NCBI GenBank assembly: GCA_964420115.1 | Contig: CAYQQO010000003.1 | Coordinates: 1 to 47,480 of the forward strand | Direction: 5' to 3' | DNA from: an uncultured Candidatus Saccharibacteria bacterium | GTDB taxonomy: Bacteria; Patescibacteriota; Minisyncoccia; Portnoybacterales; UBA2143 | DNA length: 47,480 nucleotides | Shown: one piece after another, positions 27,685-37,759 of the stretch | How the letters are laid out: every line of letters begins with the position of its first letter | Position numbering within the stretch: the stretch's first letter is position 1 | Notes under the pieces: model-generated | Seen by the model: only the letters and a program-made list of their open reading frames with translations | Database searches by the model: none | Told to the model about the DNA's origin: nothing | Position numbers and translations under genes: made by a program

Positions 27685-29073
27685 TCAACAAGCCGATCTG
27701 TCTCTAACAATAAAAGCCAGTGTCTTTAAAAGTATTTTTAAATCCATCAAAAGAGACCAATTTTCAATATAGTATGTGTCCAGTTTAACTTCCTCTTCAA
27801 AGGGAAGATCAGAACTGCCGCTTACTTGAGAAAGACCCGTTATCCCCGCTTTAATGGCCAAAAGTTTCTTATGATGCTTTTGGTATTTTCCAATTTCATC
27901 AGGCTGGTGCGGCCTGGGGCCGGTCAAGCTTATTTCCCCCCTAATAACATTAATCAATTGAGGCAGTTCATCTATTCTGTATTTGCGTAAAAATCGGCCA
28001 ATCTTCGTCACTCTCGGGTCATCTTTCATTTTGAAAAGAGGCCCATCTCTCCTTTCATTATAAGCCCATAACAACGGCTTTAAATCTTCTGCCCCTTCAA
28101 TCATTGAACGAAATTTATATAAATAAAATTCTTTTTTCTGACTGACTCTTTTTAATTTTACAAAAACAGGCCCCCTTGAATCCCACTTAATAATAAAGGC
28201 AACTATAAAAAAAAGAGGGCTTAAAACAACCAAGCCGACAGAAGAGCCGACCAGATCAATTAATCTTTTAATAATCTTGCCCCAGCCGTCTAAAGCAGTC
28301 CCTCTTAGTTCAATGATCGGCGAACCGCCCAATGTCTCCACCGAAGCATTGCTTGTTAATGTTTGGAAAAGATTGGGAACGAATTTAAAGGATAAATGTT
28401 TTTCTTCGCAAAAATTAACCAGTTCCAAAATTTTCTCTCTTGGCCAGTCAGGATCAGCCAAAATTATTTCATCCACTCCCGGATTGTCAATTTTGCTTTT
28501 AACCTCTAAAATATCAGGCTCAATAAGATTGCCGACCAACAAATAACCCAAACCCGGCTCTTTTTTAATATTATCAGTAATTTTACTGCTAATTCCATCT
28601 TTACCGATAACAAGCACCCGATGGGCGCCAAAATGACGCTTACGAATCAAATACTTCTGTAAACGACTAATTAAGAAACGGCCAAAAAAGACAAATAAAA
28701 CCGCCAATAACCAGCCAACAAAAACTAAAAAACGAGAATCAAACCATTCTCGGCGGACAAAAATATAAAAGACCAAGACAATAATACCTGCTGAAAGAGC
28801 AATGATAATTTTAAAAAAATCATCCCAAAGCGAACGAACCGGCTTGATTTTATACAATCCGACAAGAGCAAAGACAAGCAAAAGAAAAAAAGAAAAACCC
28901 AAAACCAAAAGAAAATACTTCTCAAAAGGCAAACTCAAACTAAAAAGAACTGGTCTGTATTGGCTTACCCAAGGACTGACACGCAAGCCGTAAGCGGAAA
29001 AACCAGCTAAAATAATCATTAAAAAGTCCAGAGGAAGTAAAATTGAAGTAAAAAGTAAATCTGCCCTTTTCAT
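27685..29073 (-). CDS. Polyprenyl-phosphate sugar phosphotransferase (WcaJ/WbaP-like)
   Basis: N-terminal TMs; KRLID, YKFRSM, DDPRVT, IDELPQLINV, GPRP, GITGLSQV. Confidence 0.92.
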   Translation of the reverse strand: MKRADLLFTSILLPLDFLMIILAGFSAYGLRVSPWVSQYRPVLFSLSLPFEKYFLLVLGFSFFLLLVFALVGLYKIKPVRSLWDDFFKIIIALSAGIIVLVFYIFVRREWFDSRFLVFVGWLLAVLFVFFGRFLISRLQKYLIRKRHFGAHRVLVIGKDGISSKITDNIKKEPGLGYLLVGNLIEPDILEVKSKIDNPGVDEIILADPDWPREKILELVNFCEEKHLSFKFVPNLFQTLTSNASVETLGGSPIIELRGTALDGWGKIIKRLIDLVGSSVGLVVLSPLFFIVAFIIKWDSRGPVFVKLKRVSQKKEFYLYKFRSMIEGAEDLKPLLWAYNERRDGPLFKMKDDPRVTKIGRFLRKYRIDELPQLINVIRGEISLTGPRPHQPDEIGKYQKHHKKLLAIKAGITGLSQVSGSSDLPFEEEVKLDTYYIENWSLLMDLKILLKTLAFIVRDRSAC

Positions 29074-29168
29074 CACCTTTATCCTAAGGGATTTAAGAAA
29101 AAAAGGCAATAAAAAAGCCGTTTTTTGCAAAACGACTTCTTCCCCCTTAGTTTATTTAAATCAAACCA

Positions 29169-30343
29169 TCAATCCCAACTGCTCATCATTAAACCCAAGT
29201 CCCTAATATCAACTATACCGTCGTTGTTCATATCTTCGTTTTGCGCGCTGGGAGGTTCCAGCCAACGGCTGACTAAAAGACTGAAATCAGATGAATTAAC
29301 ACTGCCGTCGCTGTCTAAATCGCCAAAGAGTTGTTGGTCTATAACAATAGAGAGAGTTTGGCTGTCTGTTTGATTGTTTGAATCTGTTACTTGAACGGTA
29401 AAGTTAAACACGCCTTCTGTCGTTGGCGTGCCGGAAATAACCCCCGTTGAATTATTTAATATTAAGCCATTAGGTAATTTGCCAGAAATAACTGACCATG
29501 TGTAAGGCGTTGCTCCCCCCGAAACAGAAAGTGCTTGAAAATAAGCAGTGTTGATTTGGCCGCCGGGGAGAGACAGTGGTTATATCGGGAATTTGTGTCC
29601 TCCCCTATCAATATCAGACCACCAATTAGTCGGCAGTTCGGTTCTAAAAATTTCCAGTGGTTGGGTCCCCAGCCAATTAGAATCAAAATAAACATATTGA
29701 CCATCTCGGCTTAACTGAGCCCTCATTTGGTTTTTATAATTAATAGGATCCCCTCTAACATGAGCGATTCTCCATGTTTTTACCATAGAAGAGTCCTTTG
29801 AGAATCGAACTGCCCATAACTCTCTTTCCAGCCAAAAGTTTGTATCAGAACCAGAACCAGCATAATTTGTATAAAAAAACCAACCATCAGTATTACGATT
29901 ATAACTAGAGCTTACATGCGTCCCCCCTTCCCAATCGCAATAAGAGTATTGTCGCTATTTGAAATAGAAAATGTCGTATATTGAATATTCATAGATCCGC
30001 TGTTTGCTTCATTCACATTGTCTGTAAACCTCCTTATTTGTATATTAAAAACAGGGTCATTATAAGCTTCCCACTTTAATGGATAATCCATCGCCGGCAT
30101 AGAGTGCATAAAACAATCGCCCGTAGCAGTCTCTGGCGGGTTTATTCCAGGCTCCCAAGTAACATAATTAAAATTTTGAGCCAAACTATTTTCTGTTTTT
30201 ATAATTGAAAAAATAAGTTCATTAAATTGAATAACTTTACCAGAGGCAACTAAGCCAGTAAAAATAATTAGCCCGAATAAAAACAAACCAAGCCAAATAC
30301 GCTTGGTTTTGTATTTCAGCCGAAAAAATAATTCAATAGACAT
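29169..30343 (-). pseudogene. Decayed surface protein: TM, partial propeller-like region, Ig-like domain, dockerin
   Basis: Collinear fragments: 29912-30343; HVSSSYNRNTDGW...WWSD; SLPGGQINTAYFQALSVSGGATPYTWSVISGKLPNGL...ISGTPT; GDLDSDGSVNSSD. Confidence 0.75.
29235..29309. repeat. 75-bp direct repeat, copy 2
   Basis: Matches 21163-21237. Confidence 0.9.
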
Positions 30344-30402
30344 TCTTCTTATATTATACTCCTTAAAAAATAAAAAAAGGAAAATATACGAAAATTAAAA
30401 AA

Positions 30403-30780
30403 CCCAAGCAAGTAATAAGCCGGGTTCTGTTCTTAGCCCCTGCCAAAAACAAAGGCCAAGCGATAGCCATCTATCTGGGCTCTGCATTACTACAAAGCTC
30501 AAGCGAGCCACTTTTCATCTCCAATAATACAACATGGAGGTTTGCTCTTGCACCAGGCAGGGTTTACCACGCGCTTGCGTTCCCGCAAGGCGAGAGGAGT
30601 TAATCCTCACTTTTCACCTTTCCTCCCTTTAGGAGAACTCCCCTAAAGCGAAGTAGTATTGTCTCTGTGGCACTTTCCCTATTCTCACGAACGGTGGGCG
30701 TTACCCACTGCCCCTTAAAGGCGCCCGGATTTTCCTCTCCAGCCGACAAACAGCTGAAGCGACCATCTAACTTACTTGGG
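30403..30780 (-). ncRNA. rnpB: RNase P RNA
   Basis: P1 CCCAAGTAAGT / ACTTGCTTGGG; GAGGAAAATCCGGGC; AGTGCCACAG; GGTAAACCC; GAACAGAACCCGGCTTA. Confidence 0.93.
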
Positions 30781-30788
30781 TTGCTATA

Positions 30789-30818
30789 ATACTACCACGA
30801 CCTCTTTCTGCTTGTCAA
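30789..30818 (-). promoter_or_regulatory. rnpB promoter
   Basis: TTGACA-18 nt-TAGTAT with extended TG, just upstream of P1. Confidence 0.6.
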
Positions 30819-30843
30819 TACACATAAACCAGTAAAAAACGCC

Positions 30844-31632
30844 TTAAACAGAAATGGATTTTTTACTCAAAATTCTATGGACCAACATAAGAATTGCCGC
30901 TATCAAAGACCACCAAGAAATAACATTTAAGGCGGTTTGGTTAACATTAGAAGTCAAGGATCTTATCGGGTCAAAAGTAAGAAATATAGCGCTAAAAACA
31001 AACAGAGCAACAGTCAAAAAGGAGAGAATGTCCATAAAATTACTTTTTCTAAAAGAAAGATTTTCTTTCAAGGCATCTTCCTTCGGCCATATCTTCCATA
31101 TTAACAATAAATTAAAAAATAAAATAAGAATAAAGGCGGCATACCCTATCGGCGTCCCATTGGGAATTTGCCCACCGAACTTAAATATTAAAATAACCAA
31201 AAAATTCAAGAATAACATAACAGCCCAGCCAGTTTTTGACATTCTTCCATGCTGCCAATTCCTTTTTGCCAACCTGTTAGCTAAATAAAAAGTCATTACT
31301 GCCTGAACAGCTCCCCACCAAACCAAATTCACAAACAACATACTCCCCCATCTTATTCCTAAAAACAAAGGCGGGATAAAAAGTATGCCGGAGACAAAAG
31401 CCAAATATATCGTCCCATAAAAAAAAGAAATAGCCATTAAATGGAAGTCTTTTAACTTAAAGCGAATAATTAAATCTTCCAGCATAGTAAAATAAGTAAA
31501 ATAAGAAATAAAAAGGACAAAAGGAAGAAAGGGCTGAGCCGGGATATTATTAATGCCCCTTAAAGAGTATTCTAAAAGCAAATTAAAAGCGGCAGCGATA
31601 AGTATAATTTTCCATCTGCTTGATATTGTCAT
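30844..31632 (-). CDS. Hypothetical polytopic membrane protein
   Basis: About 8 hydrophobic segments; decayed paralog at 39610-40071. Confidence 0.75.
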   Translation of the reverse strand: MTISSRWKIILIAAAFNLLLEYSLRGINNIPAQPFLPFVLFISYFTYFTMLEDLIIRFKLKDFHLMAISFFYGTIYLAFVSGILFIPPLFLGIRWGSMLFVNLVWWGAVQAVMTFYLANRLAKRNWQHGRMSKTGWAVMLFLNFLVILIFKFGGQIPNGTPIGYAAFILILFFNLLLIWKIWPKEDALKENLSFRKSNFMDILSFLTVALFVFSAIFLTFDPIRSLTSNVNQTALNVISWWSLIAAILMLVHRILSKKSISV

Positions 31633-31695
31633 ATTGTGATTAATATTAATATTTTATACACCACTCTTTTTAGTATAGCAAAAGCAAGCACAAAG

Positions 31696-31727
31696 AAAAA
31701 TGCCTGCTTAGCTAAACCAAGCAGGCA
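31696..31727 (-). terminator. Intrinsic terminator
   Basis: TGCCTGCTT-loop-AAGCAGGCA with T run on minus strand. Confidence 0.6.
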
Positions 31728-31764
31728 CTACACCGCGATAAAGCCGCGCATCTATCTCCCAATC

Positions 31765-32256
31765 TTACCCGACTGCCTTTTTAGCTTGATATATATATCT
31801 GTCAACAACCGGCGCCATCACTTCAGCTGACTGAGACATCGGGTAAACTGGCATCAGGTAAACTTGGCCTGGCGCATCCCAATAACCAACCGCGTCAAAA
31901 CGTCCCAAAGTAGTACAACTCATCTTGGCGCAACCAACCATTTGTAATGACCGCTTAGAGTAGACAACCGCTCCTTCTGGTATCTCAAAGTCATCTGGAG
32001 ACTTCGGCGAATAAAGGGTAATCGGCTCGCCGATAAAGATGGGCTGCTGGCACCACGCGCAGACAACAGCCATTTGCTCAATACAGCGCCAGCAGTAAGG
32101 TATTCTATCTCACCTGAAAACAATCCTCATTAGTCTAAGCTTTGCCCTCCTTTCCTGCCCAAAAGCCCTAACAACAGCTCTCCGTGTTATCCGATGGCCG
32201 CACTCGGCCTCAAACCAACCAGCCATCAGTCCTTTTATTACTTTCAGAAAGAACAT
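31765..32256 (-). pseudogene. Cys-rich hypothetical gene with one in-frame TGA
   Basis: GGGGG SD and ATG at 32256; ...ECGHR...RIVFR*DRIPYCWRCIEQMAVVCAWC...; TGA at 32110-32112. Confidence 0.65.
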
Positions 32257-32340
32257 CTTCTACCCCCTTTTTTTCTAAATGGACAAAGAACTAAAAGCCG
32301 CTTAATCCACCTTATAAAAAATAAATTTAGATGTCAACAA

Positions 32341-32775
32341 TTATAAAAGCGCCTGTTTTTTGTTTTGATTATCAAGCGCCTCGTTAACTAAGCGGTCAGC
32401 TTCTTTGTTTTTTCCTCGCGGAATATGTTTAAAATTAACTTGGCTAAAATCAATTATTAAATTCCATATTTTAATAAAAAGCGGCTGTAAATCTTTTTCC
32501 TTGATTTTGTATTGATGATTTAATTGCTTTACCACCAATTCACTATCCAAGAAAAAATCTATTCCCATTTCTTTCACTTTCTTCTTGCCAAAGAGCAGTT
32601 TTGCTTTTTTTAAAGCAAAAATAACCGCTTCGTACTCGGCTTGGTTATTGGTTGCCCTGCCAATAAAATGGCTGTATTTTTTGAATACCTGACCTTCTTT
32701 GGCAATGACCGTTCCTATTGCGGCCGGACCGGGATTGCCCCTTGCCCCTCCGTCTGTATATATAGCGATTTTCAT
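32341..32775 (-). CDS. rnhA: Ribonuclease HI family protein
   Basis: YTDGGARGNPGPAA, TNNQAEYEA, DSELVVKQ, NKEADRLVN. Confidence 0.9.
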   Translation of the reverse strand: MKIAIYTDGGARGNPGPAAIGTVIAKEGQVFKKYSHFIGRATNNQAEYEAVIFALKKAKLLFGKKKVKEMGIDFFLDSELVVKQLNHQYKIKEKDLQPLFIKIWNLIIDFSQVNFKHIPRGKNKEADRLVNEALDNQNKKQALL

Positions 32776-34547
32776 ACTACTGGCTTCAAATCAATAATTT
32801 TCATTTGTAAATCTTTATACCCGTTCCACTCATCAAGAATCAAGTTAAAAACCGCGTCAATTAAATCACCTTCTTTTATTTTATCCTGCCAATTTGCCAA
32901 CCCAAAGCCAATCGCCTTAAATGTCTTCCCGTTAGTTGATTCGTCATTAAACATCATCAGCTCCATTTTTAAATGCTTGGCTCCATTGCCAACTGTCCGC
33001 AGATTTACGACTTCCAAGTTTTTCGCTAAAAATTTTGGCTCTTTATTGCCGGGACCGAAAGGAGCAAACATTTGTATGTTATTAAAGTCAGCCATATTAA
33101 TATCTTTTAAAGAAAGCTCTGCGTCAATTTCTAATATCGGCGTCAATTCTTCATCCTTTATTTCTTTATCGGCTATTTTCTCTAAAGACAAGCGCAGTTT
33201 GAGTAAATTGCTCTTTTTTAATTGAAAGCCAGCCGCTTCTTTGTGTCCGCCAAAATCATCAAATAAATCAGCGCATTTTTTAAGAGCGCTCATTAAATCA
33301 AAGTGAGGAATACTGCGGCAGGAGCCAAAAATCATATTATTTTTTTCCTGGCAAATAAAAGAAGGGCGGTGATACTTGTCTGTTATTTTTCCGGAAACCA
33401 ATCCAATTATCCCAACCGGCCAATCCTGACTTTTCTCAAAAATAATTTTTGTTTTTTTGCTTCTACTGCTTTTCTCCAAAAACCTATTATCTACTTCAGC
33501 TACTATTCTGCCAACTAAATTCTGGCGGGTTGTATTCAGCCGATTAAGTTGGTTTGCCAATTTATCAACCGCCTCTTCATTTTCCTCCACTAAAAGTTCA
33601 AAAGCAGTATTGGCGTGGTCCATACGGCTGGCGGCGTTTAAGCGCGGTCCCAATACAAAACCAATGGTATGACAATTCAAATTGGTTAAAGGCGCTCTGC
33701 CAATTGCGGCCGGACCTATTACTTGAGGACTAACTTGACTCACCTCCATTAATTTTTTTAAACCGGGACGACTAGTCTGCGCCAAAGCCGCCAAGCCATA
33801 TTTCACCAAGGTTCTATTTTCACCAATAATGGGCATAACATCAGAAACAGTGGCCAAAGCGACCAATTCCAGTAAATTTTTTCTTACGTAATTTCCCTTT
33901 CGCTCACCAACATTTATCTCTTTTGACAAAACAAGAGCGCAGGCTAGTTTGTAAGCTACACCGGCGCCGGACAAATATTTAAACGGGTATTTGTCATCCT
34001 TTTTATGAGGATTAACCAAGGCAACCGCCCTTGGAACTTTATTTAAAACCTGATGATGATCAGTGATAATTACATCCACGCCCAATTTATTGGCTAAAGC
34101 AACCTCATCAAAATCTGTACTGCCGCAATCAACTGTTATTATTAATTTTGTCCCTTTTTTAGTAATTTCTTCAACCGCCTCGTTGTTAAGGCCATGCCCC
34201 TCTGTGTCCCTATCAGGAATATACCTGTCTAAATTATCGGCCCCGCATATTTTCAAAACAGACATTAAAATAGCCGTAGAGCAGACTCCATCAGCATCAA
34301 AGTCTCCATAAACAGTTATTTTTTCTCTTTTTTTAATTGCTCCCACAATCCGCTTGACTGCCTTTTTCATATCTTTTAAAAGATAGGGATTATAAATATC
34401 TTTTCTGTAATCAGGATTAAAAAACTCTTCAATCTGCTTTTTTGTCTTCAGCCCGCGATTGTAAAGCAATTGAGCAATTAAAGAAGGGAACTGTGAAAAT
34501 TCCCCCAAATACTTTTTAGGCGCTCTTGATTTTATTTGCCATTCCAT
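32772..34547 (-). CDS. recJ: ssDNA exonuclease RecJ
   Basis: YGDFDADG, ITVDCG, ITDHH, PRLNAASR, FGGHKEAAG, APFGPGNKEP. Confidence 0.96.
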   Translation of the reverse strand: MEWQIKSRAPKKYLGEFSQFPSLIAQLLYNRGLKTKKQIEEFFNPDYRKDIYNPYLLKDMKKAVKRIVGAIKKREKITVYGDFDADGVCSTAILMSVLKICGADNLDRYIPDRDTEGHGLNNEAVEEITKKGTKLIITVDCGSTDFDEVALANKLGVDVIITDHHQVLNKVPRAVALVNPHKKDDKYPFKYLSGAGVAYKLACALVLSKEINVGERKGNYVRKNLLELVALATVSDVMPIIGENRTLVKYGLAALAQTSRPGLKKLMEVSQVSPQVIGPAAIGRAPLTNLNCHTIGFVLGPRLNAASRMDHANTAFELLVEENEEAVDKLANQLNRLNTTRQNLVGRIVAEVDNRFLEKSSRSKKTKIIFEKSQDWPVGIIGLVSGKITDKYHRPSFICQEKNNMIFGSCRSIPHFDLMSALKKCADLFDDFGGHKEAAGFQLKKSNLLKLRLSLEKIADKEIKDEELTPILEIDAELSLKDINMADFNNIQMFAPFGPGNKEPKFLAKNLEVVNLRTVGNGAKHLKMELMMFNDESTNGKTFKAIGFGLANWQDKIKEGDLIDAVFNLILDEWNGYKDLQMKIIDLKPVV

Positions 34548-35695
34548 AATACTTCCAATCCCGGCAGTTTTTCGCCAGATAAATATTTAAGCATTGCGCC
34601 CCCGCCTGTAGAAAGGTGATCTATTCTATCTATTAATTTCATTTCTTCTATAAGGCGGATTGTTTCTCCGCCGCCAACAACTGAAAATCCACCGCTTTGA
34701 CAAACCGCTTCAGCCATAGCTCTACTGCCAGAAGCAAATCTATCTATTTCAAAAAGCCCCATTGGGCCGTTCCAAACAATTGTTTTAGCGTCAGAAACCA
34801 CATCAGCGAAAAGATTGTTTGTGTCTGGACCAATATCTAAAATCATTTCCTCCTTATTTGTCTTGCCTATAGGAGCAATCCGGCTTTCTTTCTCGCCGCT
34901 TTTGTCTACAGAAACAACCGCGTCAACTGGAATATGGAGAGAGGTGTCGGTCAGCTCTAATTTTTTTATTTCATCAATCATTGATTCTTCAATAACCGAT
35001 TTGCCAATAGCAAACCCCTTGGCGGCAATAACTGTATTGGCTAAAGCCCCGCCTAAAATTATATGGTCGGCGTTTTTTAAAAAATTCTTTATCATTCTTA
35101 TTTTTGTAGAAATTTTAGCCCCGCCGATTATTACCACCAAAGGATGATCCGGCTCTTTTAAAACCTTAGAAAGATTTCTAATTTCCTTTTCCATCAAAAG
35201 ACCCATATATCCGGATAAATACCGGGGGATGCCGACAACCGAAGCATGAGTCCTATGCGACACTCCAAAAGCATCGTTTATATATATATCGGCCAAACCA
35301 GCCAGTTCTTTAGCAAAATCAGAATCGTTATCTTTCTCTCCATCATAAAAGCGTAAATTCTCCAATAAAACGACTCCGCCGGATTTGAGTCCTTCCACTT
35401 CTCTTTTAACATCTTCTCCTAAACAATTATTTATAAAAAGAACCTGCTTATTAATCAATTTTGAAAGACGATGACCGACCTGCTCCAAACTAAATTGTTT
35501 TTCTGAATCAGTCGGTCTGCCTAAATGAGAAATCAAAATTATTCTTGCTCCTTGTTTTATTAAATATTCTATGGTTGGCAAAGATGCTCTAATTTTAAAA
35601 TCATTAAAAATACTGCCGTTTCCCAAAGAAACATTAAAATCAACCCTAACTAAAACTCTCTTGTCTCTAAAATCAAAATCATTAATTGATTTCAT
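34532..35695 (-). CDS. pgk: Phosphoglycerate kinase
   Basis: VLVRVDFNV, SHLGRP, LLENLRF, GGAKISTK, WNGPMG, STGGGA. Confidence 0.97.
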   Translation of the reverse strand: MKSINDFDFRDKRVLVRVDFNVSLGNGSIFNDFKIRASLPTIEYLIKQGARIILISHLGRPTDSEKQFSLEQVGHRLSKLINKQVLFINNCLGEDVKREVEGLKSGGVVLLENLRFYDGEKDNDSDFAKELAGLADIYINDAFGVSHRTHASVVGIPRYLSGYMGLLMEKEIRNLSKVLKEPDHPLVVIIGGAKISTKIRMIKNFLKNADHIILGGALANTVIAAKGFAIGKSVIEESMIDEIKKLELTDTSLHIPVDAVVSVDKSGEKESRIAPIGKTNKEEMILDIGPDTNNLFADVVSDAKTIVWNGPMGLFEIDRFASGSRAMAEAVCQSGGFSVVGGGETIRLIEEMKLIDRIDHLSTGGGAMLKYLSGEKLPGLEVLWNGK

Positions 35696-35707
35696 GGCCC
35701 AATCTTT

Positions 35708-36496
35708 TTAACCAACAACGCTTTTAATAATGCCGACAAATTCACTGGCGTTTAAAGAAGCTCCCCCCACTAAAAGTCCGTCCATATTGGCTTCTTTTAT
35801 ATAATCAGCCGCGTTTTTACCGGTAACGCTCCCCCCATAAAGAATCCTCGCTTTTTCTGCTGCCTGTCTGTTGTAAAGTTTGGTTAATATTTTTCTTATA
35901 AAGAGAGCGGCTTTCATTGCTTCGTTGGGCGAACAAGGATTATCTGTGCCAATCGCCCAAACAGGCTCATAAGCAATGCTTATTTCTCTGACTCTGGCAG
36001 AAGAAATGCCGCTTAAATTTTTTTCTAATTGTTCGCCGACAAACAAGCTCATTTCGTTTGTCGGCTTGCCCCTTGAGTCAAATGTGTCCCTTGTTTCTTC
36101 CCCGACACAAAGGATAGGATCCAAGCCAGCTTTTAAAGCGGCCTTTATTTTTTTATTAACCATTTCATCTGACTCTCCAAAATACTTTCTTCTTTCTGAA
36201 TGACCAATAATAACATATTGGCAATTAACGTTTTTTAGCATTAAAGGAGAAATTTCTCCGGTATAAGCGCCTTTGTCCTGATAAAAACAATTTTGCGCTC
36301 CTAACCCAATTTTATCCAAATGGCTCTTTAAAAAAGATTTAAATTTATTCAAATAAACAAAAGGCGGACAAATAACAACCTCTGCGCCGTTAATCTCCGC
36401 CACCCCATGGAATACCGCCCCAAAAAGATGGTCAACCTCTTTCTCTTGAGCAGGGTTCATTTTCCAATTGGCTATTATTAATGGTTTTTTATCCAT
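35708..36496 (-). CDS. tpiA: Triosephosphate isomerase
   Basis: ANWKMN, IGHSERR, AYEPVWAIGT, LYGGSV, LVGGASL; start at MDKKP. Confidence 0.97.
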   Translation of the reverse strand: MDKKPLIIANWKMNPAQEKEVDHLFGAVFHGVAEINGAEVVICPPFVYLNKFKSFLKSHLDKIGLGAQNCFYQDKGAYTGEISPLMLKNVNCQYVIIGHSERRKYFGESDEMVNKKIKAALKAGLDPILCVGEETRDTFDSRGKPTNEMSLFVGEQLEKNLSGISSARVREISIAYEPVWAIGTDNPCSPNEAMKAALFIRKILTKLYNRQAAEKARILYGGSVTGKNAADYIKEANMDGLLVGGASLNASEFVGIIKSVVG

Positions 36497-36530
36497 ATTG
36501 TTTAATTGGGTTGTTGGGCTTAAATATTTA

Positions 36531-37136
36531 TTACCCCTCCCCTTTAGTGACAAATAAAATGCAATAATCTGCTAAATGTTGCTTAGCATCATGGCATATG
36601 CTACCGCATGTTTCGTTATGTTCACTGCATTTGTAAGCGCCGCTCTCTGAAGTATGAAAACAAAGAGTGGCAAAATACTGACCCCAAACTCCAGGATACT
36701 CAGTGCACTCGCCAGCCCAGTCCCATGTCCCATGCTTAGGGTCATAAGAATAATAATAAATACCACCATCATTATATCCTTTTGTATAAAGAGGATCGCC
36801 GGGAACTTTTGGCATAAATTCTCTTATTGCATCTTCAAAAGAAGACAACTGTACACCAGGCAAATCGTCGCCGACAATTTCCCCCACAAGAGGTATACCA
36901 TTCTCCGAATTATTTGGATAATGACCATATTTAGCGTAAAAAAGCTCTATGGCTGTTTGGATTTGTTTCAAATCATGAATTCTTTTGGCATCTCTCGCTT
37001 TGCCCCGGGCAGAATCAACTTGAGTATAAATAATACTGGACAAGAGACCAATAATAGCGACAACTACCGTCAATTCAATGAGGGTAAACCCATAACCTAT
37101 TTTCTCTTTTTTAAAAACAGAATGACCCTTCATCAT
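36531..37136 (-). CDS. Type IV pilin/GspG-like protein with prepilin cleavage site
   Basis: G|FTLIELTVVVAIIGLL...ARGKARDAKR; Cys-rich C-terminus. Confidence 0.88.
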   Translation of the reverse strand: MMKGHSVFKKEKIGYGFTLIELTVVVAIIGLLSSIIYTQVDSARGKARDAKRIHDLKQIQTAIELFYAKYGHYPNNSENGIPLVGEIVGDDLPGVQLSSFEDAIREFMPKVPGDPLYTKGYNDGGIYYYSYDPKHGTWDWAGECTEYPGVWGQYFATLCFHTSESGAYKCSEHNETCGSICHDAKQHLADYCILFVTKGEG

Positions 37137-37759
37137 TTAACGCTTAATTTATTAAAACGAAAATGGCGCCAAATCCACCAAATGACTCCAATAAGAATCA
37201 ACCCGCCAATAACTAAATCAAACTTTTCAAAATATATTTTAATATCCTGCCAATTCTCCCCCATGACAAAACCTATATATGTCAAAAGAACCGCCCACGG
37301 GATTGAACCAATTAAAGTATAAAAAGAAAACTTTTTAAATTCCATTTTGGAAATACCAGCCGGAAGAGAAATAAAAGTTCTGACAATGGGCAGAAGGCGG
37401 CTGAAAAAAACAGCTCCTTGGCCGTATTTTTTAAACCAAAACTCCGCTTTATCCAAATCAGCCAAAGAAATTAAAAAATATTTGCCGTATTTCCCAATAA
37501 AAGGTCGGCCTCCAAAATAACCAACCCAATAAGCGGCTATAGAGCCAATCAGATTGCCAATTGACCCCCAAAAAACAACCCACCAAAAATTAAAGCTCCC
37601 CTGAGCGACCAAATAACCGGAAAAAGGCATAATAACTTCTGAAGGAACAGGCAGACAGGCGCTCTCTAAAGCCATCAAAAAAGTAACCCCGAAATAGCCG
37701 CTTTTAGAAATAACCTCTATAATAATTGTCGCCAGCCAAGCTAAAATTTCTGCGATCAT
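37133..37759 (-). CDS. DedA family membrane protein
   Basis: ALESACLPVPSEVIMPFSG, YWVGYFGGR, SRLLPIVRTFISLPAG. Confidence 0.92.
   Translation of the reverse strand: MIAEILAWLATIIIEVISKSGYFGVTFLMALESACLPVPSEVIMPFSGYLVAQGSFNFWWVVFWGSIGNLIGSIAAYWVGYFGGRPFIGKYGKYFLISLADLDKAEFWFKKYGQGAVFFSRLLPIVRTFISLPAGISKMEFKKFSFYTLIGSIPWAVLLTYIGFVMGENWQDIKIYFEKFDLVIGGLILIGVIWWIWRHFRFNKLSVK

Noticed and set aside
21094-29330. Dockerin repeat pair as the template and variable repeats of a diversity-generating retroelement
   Set aside because: Mismatches are not adenine-specific (many C/T and G/A synonymous changes) and there is no reverse transcriptase in the window
36654-37322. 222-aa plus-strand ORF, and similar antisense ORFs such as 32641-33225, 27100-27600 and 30854-31288
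   Set aside because: Antisense shadows of well-supported genes with no recognisable motifs
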